DNA of 64,000 nucleotides from Owenia fusiformis (Eukaryota): NCBI GenBank assembly GCA_903813345.2, contig CAIIXF020000001.1, positions 2,914,001 to 2,978,000 of the forward strand, read 5' to 3'. Shown piece by piece: positions 39,801 to 51,800 of this stretch (position 1 is its first letter; each line of letters starts with the position of its first letter). The notes under the pieces were generated by a model. It saw only the letters and a program-made list of their open reading frames with translations, ran no database searches and was not told where the DNA came from. The position numbers and the translations under genes were made by a program.

Positions 39801-42800
39801 AAACATGCATAATGCATTTGTCAAATTGAGAGATAATGTTAGGACAATGCTAGCCACAATACCTATTATTACAGGCCTATTATGATTAATGATGATATAT
39901 TTTGGTATATATCGATATCTATTTAGTATTGCTTGTTTAGTTGTCAACCTGACTACTATTCAAAGCTGCGTGTTGATTATCAGACATTATGCCAGTCAAA
40001 AATGTTTGAAGCTGGTACAACACAGGACACACCCGCTCGCCATCCAACCAACATATCACTGAATACGACTCGCTTATCAAGTATTACTCCGCCCATGCTG
40101 GTTAACGACGACCCCGTGCACATATAACACTCACCATATCGGCAAATCCATAAGTTGTACACGATTGTTCTTTTTCATCCTGTAAAACACAAAATCACAT
40201 TTTTGTAAATACAGTATTTGAAGGGCAATAATATTATATTGGATGCTCAGTCCATTGACCAAAATACAGTTAACTCCTTTTAGTCTATGAGTTGATCCAA
40301 AAATGAGCATACCATCTGATAGTACTGACTTCATTAAGATAATGTATTTCGTTTTGATTGTGATAGGGGTTCTAAAATTAATATATACCGTTGGTTGGTC
40401 AAACGAGAAGGTGGGGTTAGAAACATTATTATGATATATGCTCAAGTGCCAAAGCGAAAGGCATTAACATCAAAAATTGTTGTACAGTAGATACAATATA
40501 AAATCATTTAGTCTCAAATGATGTGGGACAGACAATTGCCTCGAAGTCCATAAGCGACGTATCAAAGGATAACATCCTTTGTATTCAAAGAATGCATTAT
40601 TTATCAGCCAATATATTCAAATTTCCATTAGTACTTGAAGGAAAATCTATGTTCTGCTCAACTAAATGAAAATGATATATTGGATCTCGATAGGCGTCTT
40701 TTTCGTATGGCTTAACAATCTGAAAAGTTCTCATTGCACAAAAAGTTGGCATTCCTCCGCCAATAACACGGCCAAAAGAGGTCCAATATGCAGTTAAAAT
40801 TCAAAACATTTAAGATATCATCGAAATTGCTGTACCAACGCAGTCATTTTCGTTTGATAGTTGAATAAGTAAAATTAAAAATTGCGCGAAGATCAGATTT
40901 ACAATTCTACGTTCGGAAATGATTGCGTGAAGGAATATACAAATTCTAGCGATAACTGGCGGTGGGGATAATGTTTAAATAAATCATACCTAGACAAATA
41001 AGTGATTAAACTACCTTTATTTTTCGAGATATTCTTCAATTTATATAGTGAAAGATAATATACAGTGGAACATTATGAATCCTTTAGAGGTGCTATACCA
41101 TATGGTACTTAATTCAAAAATCGTGATGTTTGTTGGGTGCAACAATGAGGTTGATCAAGTAGTAAATCGGCAAATAATGCATGGTGAAGTGATACCATTT
41201 GAACCATTAGCTTTGATACTTTTATACTCCATTGATTTGGGAAAAGAATAAATACACAACCGTTTCTATGGGTATATTGCTCTAGTTCGTCGTTTTAAAG
41301 ATATGCTAAACAGATAAATAGGTCAGTGTTACATAATCATGAAATGAATAAGTCTGAAAATACAATTGGCCAGAATGTACTAAACCTGCTTGAAACTGAA
41401 AAACATTGCATGCTCTATTCCACACAATTTGGAGGCTTTTGAAATTCGCAGTAACAATGAATAAGTGCCTGCATATAATCAGTGTATAGAAAACACTTCA
41501 TGTAGTGTTTATCAGATGTATTGAGTTGACCAAAATACTCCTTTGTTTACTATATACTGGACTACATACTGGCACCCTTACATATGTGTTACTTTACATA
41601 TTGTAGAATTATGATCAATGGGAAAACTGAAATAGGTATTCCAGCAGGCCTAGGAAAATATGGCTAGAAAAATATGCTACACCTAAGGGCTACAGGTGGA
41701 CAAACTATTCCCCCTGAAAAGTATTTTTGCTTTGAATGCAATATGCAACAATGCATTGCTTTGTTGCATATTGAGTAGTTAGTTAATGTTATGGTGCAAA
41801 AAATCAAAACAAAAAGGAATAAAGAAAAAATGCCACGGAGAAGTCTCATTAGCATCTCTTTATACGTATTCCTAAAATCATATCTTTACAGCGGAACAAA
41901 GACATTATGTTGTTTTTCAGTGCAGATTTTATATAGCGCATTATGCCATAAACACAATCAATACACTTTTGCAAATTGTAATTTGAATTTTGGGGGATAT
42001 TATCCGTCTTGCTAACACTTAGGCATGGTTGGGGCGAGGTGGTATTCTATAGGGTATCTTAAGCTTCATTGATTTTTGGGTGTATCGCTAATTACATTTC
42101 GTTATTAATCGTTATCGCTTTTGATTATATTTTTTCGTCATATTTTCTTCATTTCCGATCAAATTAAGCGCAACTACAAATAATTATATAAAAACAAGTC
42201 GAAATTAAATGTTCAGTCTTTGAAGATCGTTTTATTTCAGTTTTGACTTTCTTACATGAAATATACTTTCCATGGCTTGCACCTCAAATCGATATGTCTA
42301 TACAAATTGATTGTTTTCCTGTCCTTCATATTTCTTTTGTAGTGTATAATAGTACATGCATATTAATATATCCTTCAGTTGGTTCACACGGATGAGGTGT
42401 AAGATTGTTACCGACTGCATTCATTAGTCTGTTCGCCTTTTCATTAGTGAGATTTCGCAACTCACTTAGAAGCACGTTTGTTATTCCCGTATTACGTATA
42501 AGGGCGATACAGTTTTCTTATTAGAGAGATTTCGCACAAAAGTAAAAGTACAACTTATACGTATACGTATAGTTTAAAGGGTCATGTCGAACTATTATAT
42601 TTACTAAAATCAATTTTAAATTGTACTTAATGGAACATAACTATTCCCGATATAGAAAAGCTCCATCAACCAGAGACTGAGAATGCACAGTCAACTGCAC
42701 GTGTAGATTATGCACATTTTAATTAAATGCTTGCTTCCGTGTCTTAGTAATTGTAGTGTATTATAAACACGATCCTTTAAAGTGAGTCATGATCCTTTAA

Positions 42801-45800
42801 AGTGAGTTATTACATAAACAAGTTGATTATTTCAAAGTTTTCATGATCAGTATAAGTAGTAGGAAAATTGGTCCCATCAGCTCAGGCTGATCACGGCTGA
42901 TCAGTTAAAACCGGAAGTCAGCCATTTTGACAGGAAGTCAGCCATTTTGACCGGAAGTCAGCCATTTAACCAGAAGTCGGCCATTTTGAAGCTCTCTGAC
43001 AGGAAGTCAGCCATTTTGAATTCTGTCTGGGCAAGAAGGTGACATCATAACGGAAGTGAGGCATCTTTGAGTCGGTCTGGGCAGGTTTTAAAACGGAAGT
43101 TAGCCATCTTTTATTCGGTCTGGGCAGGTTAATGATTTCATAGAGGAAGTTCAACCATTTTAACTTTGCCTGGGCAAGTGGATCATATTTTTGGCAGGAA
43201 ACGTAAAGGTAGCCATATTGATAGCCTTATATCATATGAATAAGGATTACGATGGCATTGGTCTCACTCGAATCATGAATACATTATGCAAGATCACTTA
43301 ATTGCTCTTGAAGCATCTATCTTTAGGAATCTTTAGTTAAAATTGGGGAATTTAGAGAGGCTCATTTTTTAATTTTTGACCAAATTTATGTTAATCATGT
43401 TAGGTACACTATAGTCTCAATGAGAAATGGGGGATGGTTATATATAACAACTTCACCTGTCTCTCTACTTTCACTTATGAACATAACACGAATTCTTTCA
43501 ACACACATAAAATTTTATTTGCATATAATACAGCATGATATACATCATAATTACATTTCTATACAATATTTACAAAAATGTTATATCAGAGTCCTTGACC
43601 CACGAGTCAAACTTTTTAGGCCAATATTGCCAACGCACTAAATGTTCCTTTTGACCCTTTCTTGTTCGGGTTTTTAGGATCTTTTCCACCTTCCAAATAT
43701 CATCTTCATTTGCTTGTACCCTCTGGAGCTCTGCTTGGTAAAAAGTACCCTTAATGTCTTCATTTTGAAAATCTTTTAAACGATACAGTGGAAGGCCCTG
43801 TCTGATGAAACGTTGCGCTACTTTAAAAATTTCACCAGTCCAATGCTCGTTGTATTCTCTTGTAAAAATATGTTTCGATTGGGTAATTCTAACCAAAGCT
43901 CCAATGGGAAATTTAAATATATATTTTGACCTAGTTTTAACAGCAGCTGATTTGGGATAGTACATCCGCCACCAAATGGCCAGTTCATCGTCTTTAGATA
44001 CATTTTTAGGAGCCATCTTTATGCTCCTATGCCAGGTGGCATTATAACTTTTAACAACATTTTGCAAATCGTCTATATATCTATAGTTCTGTTTATATAT
44101 CATAAACCTCATTATTTTCGTCTTCAATGTCTTTATAAGACGCTCGGAAAAATTGGCTTTGGGTGTATTTTCCGTAACAAAATGGCGTACTCCCCATCGA
44201 GCCAGCAATGTCTGTACGACCCTCGCACGAAATTCTTGACCTTTATCCGTTCTAATGACATCTGGTTGACGCTGCCCTTCTTTGAAGATGTCATCAAAGG
44301 CCTCTGCAACAGCTTTACCCGTCTTGTTAGGTAGAGGCTTAACCCAGGCAAAACGGGACATGATGTCAATGACGACTAGGATAAACTTCGTATTGTCATT
44401 CTCTGTTGACCAAGTAGACATATCCATGAGATCAGCATCCCATTGTTCATCAATATGTGAAACATATACTTTGTTCCGAGTAAATTGTCTCTTATAAGGT
44501 CTCTGTAGGCCATAAGCTTCTTGATTGTCCAGCCATTTCTTTATCTGATAACGGGACAGCTGGTATTTCCCATCATTTAGTACAGCTCTATAGAGTTTGT
44601 CTGGTCCAGCAAAAGCTCCAGAATTTCGACTGTCAAAGTATAATTTCTTTAAATAGTCTCGATATGCCATCTTACACTGTCGGAATCTGACTCCTTAATG
44701 ATGATCTCTCTTAAAATCACTAATATTTATCACTCAGTGCTTGATTCAACAGCCTCGTTTTCGGATTCACTCGGTTCTTCCTCAGAGCTACTTTCCTGGT
44801 CTGTATCCTCTATAAAGACCTCATCAAACTTGTGTTTGTTTTTTAAAAGCGTCTTCCTAATGGCTAAGTTCACAGAGACACCCCTCCTCATCATATTATT
44901 TATCGAATCGATTATATTTCTGTGTAACGCATTGTCTTTTACATCAACTGTTAGCTTGACAAATTGTTTATATCCTTTCATAAATTCTTCCTTATACTTC
45001 GATAATAGTTTATTATCTGCCTTTTCTACGGCCGCTGTCTTATCCATCCCTCTATCCATATACTCATCCACTTTACGTCGGTGGTCTTCCTCATTCTGTC
45101 TTATAGACCACTTCTTTAAGAATGCAAATGTTTCATTTGCTTTCAAATCACCATCATCGTCATCAACGTCATTGTCTTTGTCTTGAGGAATCTTCTCCTC
45201 AATATTTTGGGTAGATTGGGTCCTCACCCTCTTGGGTAGCGGTCCCTGATCTTGACACCAATTTTTTATATGCCTCTGTAAGTCGTGAATGCTATCAAAT
45301 ACTAAACCACATTCATCACACGATACCATGTTGTCTTCTCGAACTTCAGATTCCAAGTAAGGGTAGTTCTTAACATCACTACTATTTATAAATGTCGTCG
45401 GATAGCCCACTTCTGAAATACCCTGTCTTTCAAGTAAGTGCTTTGAATCATTCATTGGTTCCTTGAAGTTGCGGGAATCGTGATGACTTTCTAATTCTAC
45501 CTCACTTTTAGTAAAGGCATTTGGTTTCAATCTGTTTTGTTCCGAGGTTTCTTGCTTCAGATCAAGAAGCAGGTAACCATAGGGTCGAGAAGTTGCGTTG
45601 GTATATGCTCTGACCAACTTGTTTCCATTTCCGGGGTACATCTGCCTCGATAAGAATGCCACCTGTTGGCGATCTCTCGGGTTATTGAATAGTATCATAT
45701 AGTGAGAGTTTAAGCTCATCGATCTATTCATTTTTCCTTGATGATACATATTCTGGAGCAGGCATATCACAGACAGATTTCGATGGTGACTGCCTTTGCT

Positions 45801-48800
45801 ATAGAGATCACATATCCGTTGATCATTTGTTGCTTCATTCATAAGATCATCGAGAAGTATCAAAGTAGGAACCGAAGTGTCAAGGTATCTTGAATCATCA
45901 ATATCCTCTGGTATTCCCTTCACAAATTCCAAACTTGGGTTTTTTCTTAGCTCTTCGTAGGCAGGCTGCCATTGATCATAACACCAAATAATTCTTCTAG
46001 GAATTGGGGATATATACCGTTCAACATTTTGAATCAAGTGCTTCATAAGCCAGGTCTTCCCCGACGATGTTGGTCCGGCTGAAAATACAACAAAAAATAT
46101 TTTTTAATAAATTGACACAATCTCTTTCTATATTTAAACATCAATCAGACTTTTTATTTCAACATGTCCATGCCTATACCTGCTATCATAGTAAACGGAT
46201 GTTTCAGCATAACATCAGACTGATGCATTTTTTCTCCATGAAACTTATTCATATGCCTTGATAGGTTATCACCTCTCGTAAAATTCACACTACACTCAGA
46301 ACAATTGAAAGACATGTTGTCTGTTCAAGATCTATCAGTAAAATGACTCAAAACATGGACAACTTAAAATATATAAGAATATTCTAATGTGCAGTATTTT
46401 GATTGGTTCAAAATGTGTCAATTAATATAAATTGTAAACATAAACAGGCATTTATGACATTATAAACTATTGAATATTAAAGTAAAGGGAGGGGAGGAGG
46501 TTTGGAAGATGGAGAAGAGACAGGAGGAGGTTGGGTGGAAGTAGGAGGAGGTATGAGGTAGGGAGGAGGTAGGGAGGAGGTGGGAGGAGGTAAGGAAGAG
46601 GTTGGAGGAGGTAAGGAGGAGGTAATGATGAGGTAGGGAGGAGCGGGAGGAGGTGGGAGGAGGTAAGGAGGAAGCGGGAGGAGGTAGAGAGGAGGTGGGA
46701 GGAGGTAAGGAGGAAGCGGGAGGAGGTAGAGAGGAGGTGGGAGGAGGTAAGGAAGAGGTGGGAAGAGGTTACGAGGATATATGGAGGATGTAATGATGAG
46801 GTAGGGAGGAGGCGGGGGGGAGGTAAGGAGGAGGTAAGGAGGAAGTGGGAGGAGGTAGGGAGGGAGTAGGGAGGAGGCGGGAGGAGGTAAGGAGGAGGTA
46901 AGGAGGAAGTAGGGAGGGAGTAGGGAGGAGGTAGGGAAGGGATAAAGAGGAGTTAGGGAGGATGTTGGAGGAAGCGGAGGGAGGTAAGGAGGGGGGGGGG
47001 GGGGGGTAGTACTTACTTGCTTATCTTATAATGACCATGTGCCAAAGTCCTGATCCCGTCATCTAGCACATACCTCTTGTCATCATATGGATTAAGAGTA
47101 ATTTTTTTGATCTTTAACATGTATATCTCATGTTTGAAAGACCTGAATTGCTTCATACATCCCATAGATAGCTTATGATCTAGCACTGCCTCTCTATAGT
47201 CGTCATGAGTGATGGTGTTCTTGACAACTGCTCTAGTAACCCCCTTCGCAGTTTTCTTGGCTTCACTAGCCACTAACAGAGAATACATCTTTGGTTTTAA
47301 ACCAACAAATTCAGATGGAGGTATCCCCGCGGTTTCATCTTTAAATTTCCCGATGACTTTCTTGTTATCTAAAGAGAATAATGGGTGGTCCTTCGGAAAG
47401 TCAGATGTATCGTAAAGATCCTTTTGCTGACCCATATCTGCATAAATGTCATCTGTGTATATGTGATAACACAGGCTGAAATATAAAATATAAACACATA
47501 ATACTACTTTATTAGTGATAAAATAGTTATACTAATGATATAAACACAACAATATTATTATAATATGTAAATCATTTTTGAAACATAAATACCTGTCAGT
47601 ATCTGTAAAAAGAAGAGTTGCATCGTCTCCATATGTCGGAACAATATGATCATAGTGGTAATTGTACATCAGTGTCTTGCTGACATCAAGAATGGTGAAG
47701 CCACAGTATATTGGGCGGTTAAGGTAGAGCTTAGTTTTCCTTAGTTCAACAGCGGCCAGATCTTCATTGAATATGTTGAAGGCATAAAAGCTCGGTTTGC
47801 AGACTAATTTCCGGAGTCTTTTATCTTTATTTACAAGCTCAATCTGTCTCCGTCGGCGTAAATTTTCACAGGTTTTGCCAAAGACACTGAAAACAGATAA
47901 GATTCTCAATTAATAAGATTAATATGAATTGAGGATGTCGATTTAATTACTTAAATAATTTATATGACTTAACTATAGAGCATCTCACCTGTTGTTCATT
48001 AACTTGAACAGATCCTTTTCAAACGCATTCTTTGCCAGCTTTCTTCTTTCTGTATTGAGATCGATATATGATTTCAACCATCTTGACTGCTTGAAGGTTA
48101 TCGCACGATGTATTTTCCTGAGTTTTAAGCCATATCTCATATATTGTTGAAGGTTTCTGTAGTGCACAACATATTTTTCTTTGTTGCTCAGATTGGGAAT
48201 CAACTTCTTCGTTGTATTACAATTCAGCTCTAGGTCTTCAGCCAGATGTTTACAGAATGGAGAGATTAGGTCATTGTCTAAACAACACGATTCAGGGGCC
48301 AATGGATAGTCTGAATGGATATCATGCAGATTTTGAGGATATTCCAAATCCACTTCAAGAAAGTATCCATCCTCTGCATCCTCTGCAATGTTGTTTATAT
48401 CTAGGTCGTTGATTTCATCTTCACCCAACCATCTAAATCCATGTGTTGGCAAAGGTTTACTCATGGCCCAACCATACAGATTGTTTGCATCGACATATGA
48501 TATATACGATTTTGGCTCATCTGGAGAATAGTCGGACATATACGGGTTGTTGGCTTTAGCATATCGATGGGAAATCATGGCTATACCACCTCGGAGCCCA
48601 GCCTCAATAAACAGATGCATATCTGGATCAGTGAATAATTCTAACCTCACCCCTGTGTACTTTAGTGCGGCATTCCACGCTAATCCAGGAGCAGTGTAGA
48701 AATGAGCAGGATCAAGGTCATAAAGATTCATTGAGAGAGTTCGGAAGTTTTCAAAGACATCAGCCAGTAGCAGAACATCTGTCTTCAGATATAAATTGTG

Positions 48801-51800
48801 ATATTCTTCAAATGTTGTCATATTGAAACGTTGCCAAACATTCTGCGCATGTTTATAGTCAGCATCAGTTAACATTTCATTTGTTAAATCATTGAAAAAA
48901 TCATGTTGGGGTGGGAGTTCATGACACATGAATTTCTCTGACGTATCGAACCATGAATATGGGAAAACTCCCTTTCGCAAAAGAAGATCAATATCTTCTA
49001 GGGAGCATTCACTTGATAAATGTTGAAACTTTTCTGATCCTTCCTGAGCTAGATTTTGAGTCAGCTTTTCGAGAGATGTGCCAAGAAATTGATATGAATC
49101 AATAAAATCCATCGATCCCATTGAAAATGAAATATATTTCTCCATGTTTGTTGGTATAACCTTCAGCTTACCATGTTGGTACTGGCCTATACTCTTCATT
49201 ATTAGGTGTGCATCATAGTTCTGTAAAAACAAAGAATATTTTGTTCGTGTATATTCAATTAATATTCAAGTTTAACATACTAAATATGCGTAATCCCACA
49301 ATGATTTAACATGTTAGCGATATTAATAAAAATCAGTGATTTATGAGTATATCATACCTTTAGATTATGGAAGACAACTGGAATTATCCCTCTGAACCGG
49401 AAATTGACGTTACATGTACTATGTGCAGCTCCTCTGAAGCGACCTGGAAACAATGATTTAGAATGAAAATGTTGGTTATCATCAAACTAAATGTATAAAA
49501 CTATGAAATGGAGCATTTGTAATATAAAGTATCCCACCTGTCACATGATCGTGGTCCCTCACTCTATCATCGCCCATTGGTTTCTTACAGATGTGGCAGT
49601 TCACAGCATTGTTAAAAGAATTCAAATCCCCGGGTTGCATTCTGAGAGGCTTTTGTTCATGCCTGTACCATTGGTCGATCCTATCTTGCACTTTAACCAT
49701 ATGTTCAATAAAGGTGTCTGTCACATCTTCACCACTATACACAACCGTTGGTTTTGTAAGGTCTTCAGTGGGTCCGACTACTTTGTAGGCAAACCCCGAT
49801 GGGTTGTGTTTAGTCATCTTTTGAGTATTCGAATGACTTGGGTTGGGTTGACAACCTTGGACTTTCTCAGTGGCAGCCTCGAAGTCAGCATATACAATCC
49901 ATGGTGCCTTAAGTTGTCTCTCTACGTTGTTGTAATAAAGCCATTTATCTTCTTCTGATGGCATTTCTATCTTCTGTGGTCCGTGTATTTGACAATAGTC
50001 AATGTGAGACTCCAGTAAAGAAGCTTTGGTGAATCCATGTAGACAATAGGGGCAAAAATGACGTTTTCTTTTGCCAGGAGCGGTTTCATACAATAGTCTA
50101 TTTAAGTCCTTAATCCAACAATAGTGAGACTGTCTCTGGTTCGATAACAAAAGTAGATCCACATGCTTGTCAAAACGGTTCGAAGTGATATGAATTGGAA
50201 ATGTTGTCCCATCATAACCAAACAGATTAATAGAGATATTATTGTTTCTCTCAATTGTAGGGATGTCGCCAATTTTCACTGGATATTCTATTCCTGTCAT
50301 GTCCAAACTTGATTGATATTGTTTATACTTTTGAACGCGAGATGCATGCTTTTGTTTAGGGTGAAGCGCTGATAAAATAGCCCACAGGAAACACATCTTA
50401 TCTCTATTCTGTACATTGACTATGGCACGTTTATTCCTTAATCGGACTGGTGTTGGAATATAGCTACTACCTCTCAGGGGTTTCCATTGTGCTATATGAA
50501 GACGCAGATGAATGACAAAGTCTAATATCCATGAACTACCCTCCCTCTGGTAGGAAATGAAAGAATCATATATTTTCTTGACACTATCTTTCCATGATTC
50601 GTCAAGGTCCCCCCGTTTTAAGGCTATTTGACAATGACCTCTGAAATGAGGCCATGCTAATTCAGTCTCTTCCATCTTTTGCTTTTTAAATTGAACCATA
50701 ATGGAAGCATACCATTTTATGCCACCCTTCTTCTTCATTTGTTTTTGTAATATTGATTTAACTTTATCCTCTTTTTCCTTTAGAAAACGCAAAGGATCAA
50801 ATCTAGAGAGTCCATCTGCATTGATGTTTTTAACAAGTAGTGTTCCCTTCAATGCTTCATCGTCAAAGTCACACATTTCATCTTCTGACGTATTTGAAGT
50901 ATCTGTCTCCATTGGCTCATCGTCGTTTGAGTTGACGTTTTGAGTCGAATCACCGTATGATGTAGATGGCACTTGTATAATTGGTTCAGTATCTAAGTTA
51001 CCTTTTGACGATGTATCCACTCCTGCTCCATACTGATTGACATCGTGTGTCTCCATATGATTTTTTAAGTTGTCTTTTCTGTTAAATTTCCTACTACATA
51101 TTCCGCATTCATAATTGGACCTTTCGTGTATTTTCTTGTGACGTTTAAGGTCATGACTGTATGTAAATGATTTTTGACATGAATCACACTGATATGATGA
51201 CTTTTGCTGAGCGTGTTCAGTCCTTCTATGTCTTGATAAATGTGTTAAATGGCGATATTCCTTGGCGCAATACTGACATTTGTAACTTGTATGTGTAGCA
51301 GGCATCTTGATCCTGTAACTGTAATTGTAATGTATGTAAATACTTTATCTTGACATAATAATAGTATATTTTACTTTATTCGTTGATATTTCTATGTATT
51401 ATACTTTAAACATTGGATTTGCCCCCATACCTACCATTTATTCCAAAATGAATGATATTCCTTCTGTGTCTGTTGATTATGAATTTTGTTTCACCAATCT
51501 TCGTATATAATATTTATATCCAAATATTATTGAAATATTATTCTCTCTATATTCTTAGATCCGGTATTGTCAAACTTCAACTGTAAAAGAACACTATTAT
51601 TTTGTTCCGAGATATTTATAATGTAGGATCAGTCCAAATATTTGGAAATGTGAAACAGGTTAAACTCTTTCATTTTGGCCTGACACCTTAAAAATAAGTC
51701 ATATAAATTTACAATACTGACCGTGTGTACTGGACGAGTCCACTTTCCTGAAGCGAGCAAATGAAATATGTCTTAAATATTAAATTGTGAATTAAGATTA

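Noticed and set aside
46315-47016. In-frame pPolB-ATPase fusion by splicing
   Set aside because: The donor at 47016 is phase 2; the acceptors at 46321 and 46079 both need phase 1
47013-51305. pPolB as a fragmented pseudogene (four separate ORFs)
   Set aside because: The gaps are canonical in-phase GT-AG introns whose removal restores conserved motifs exactly
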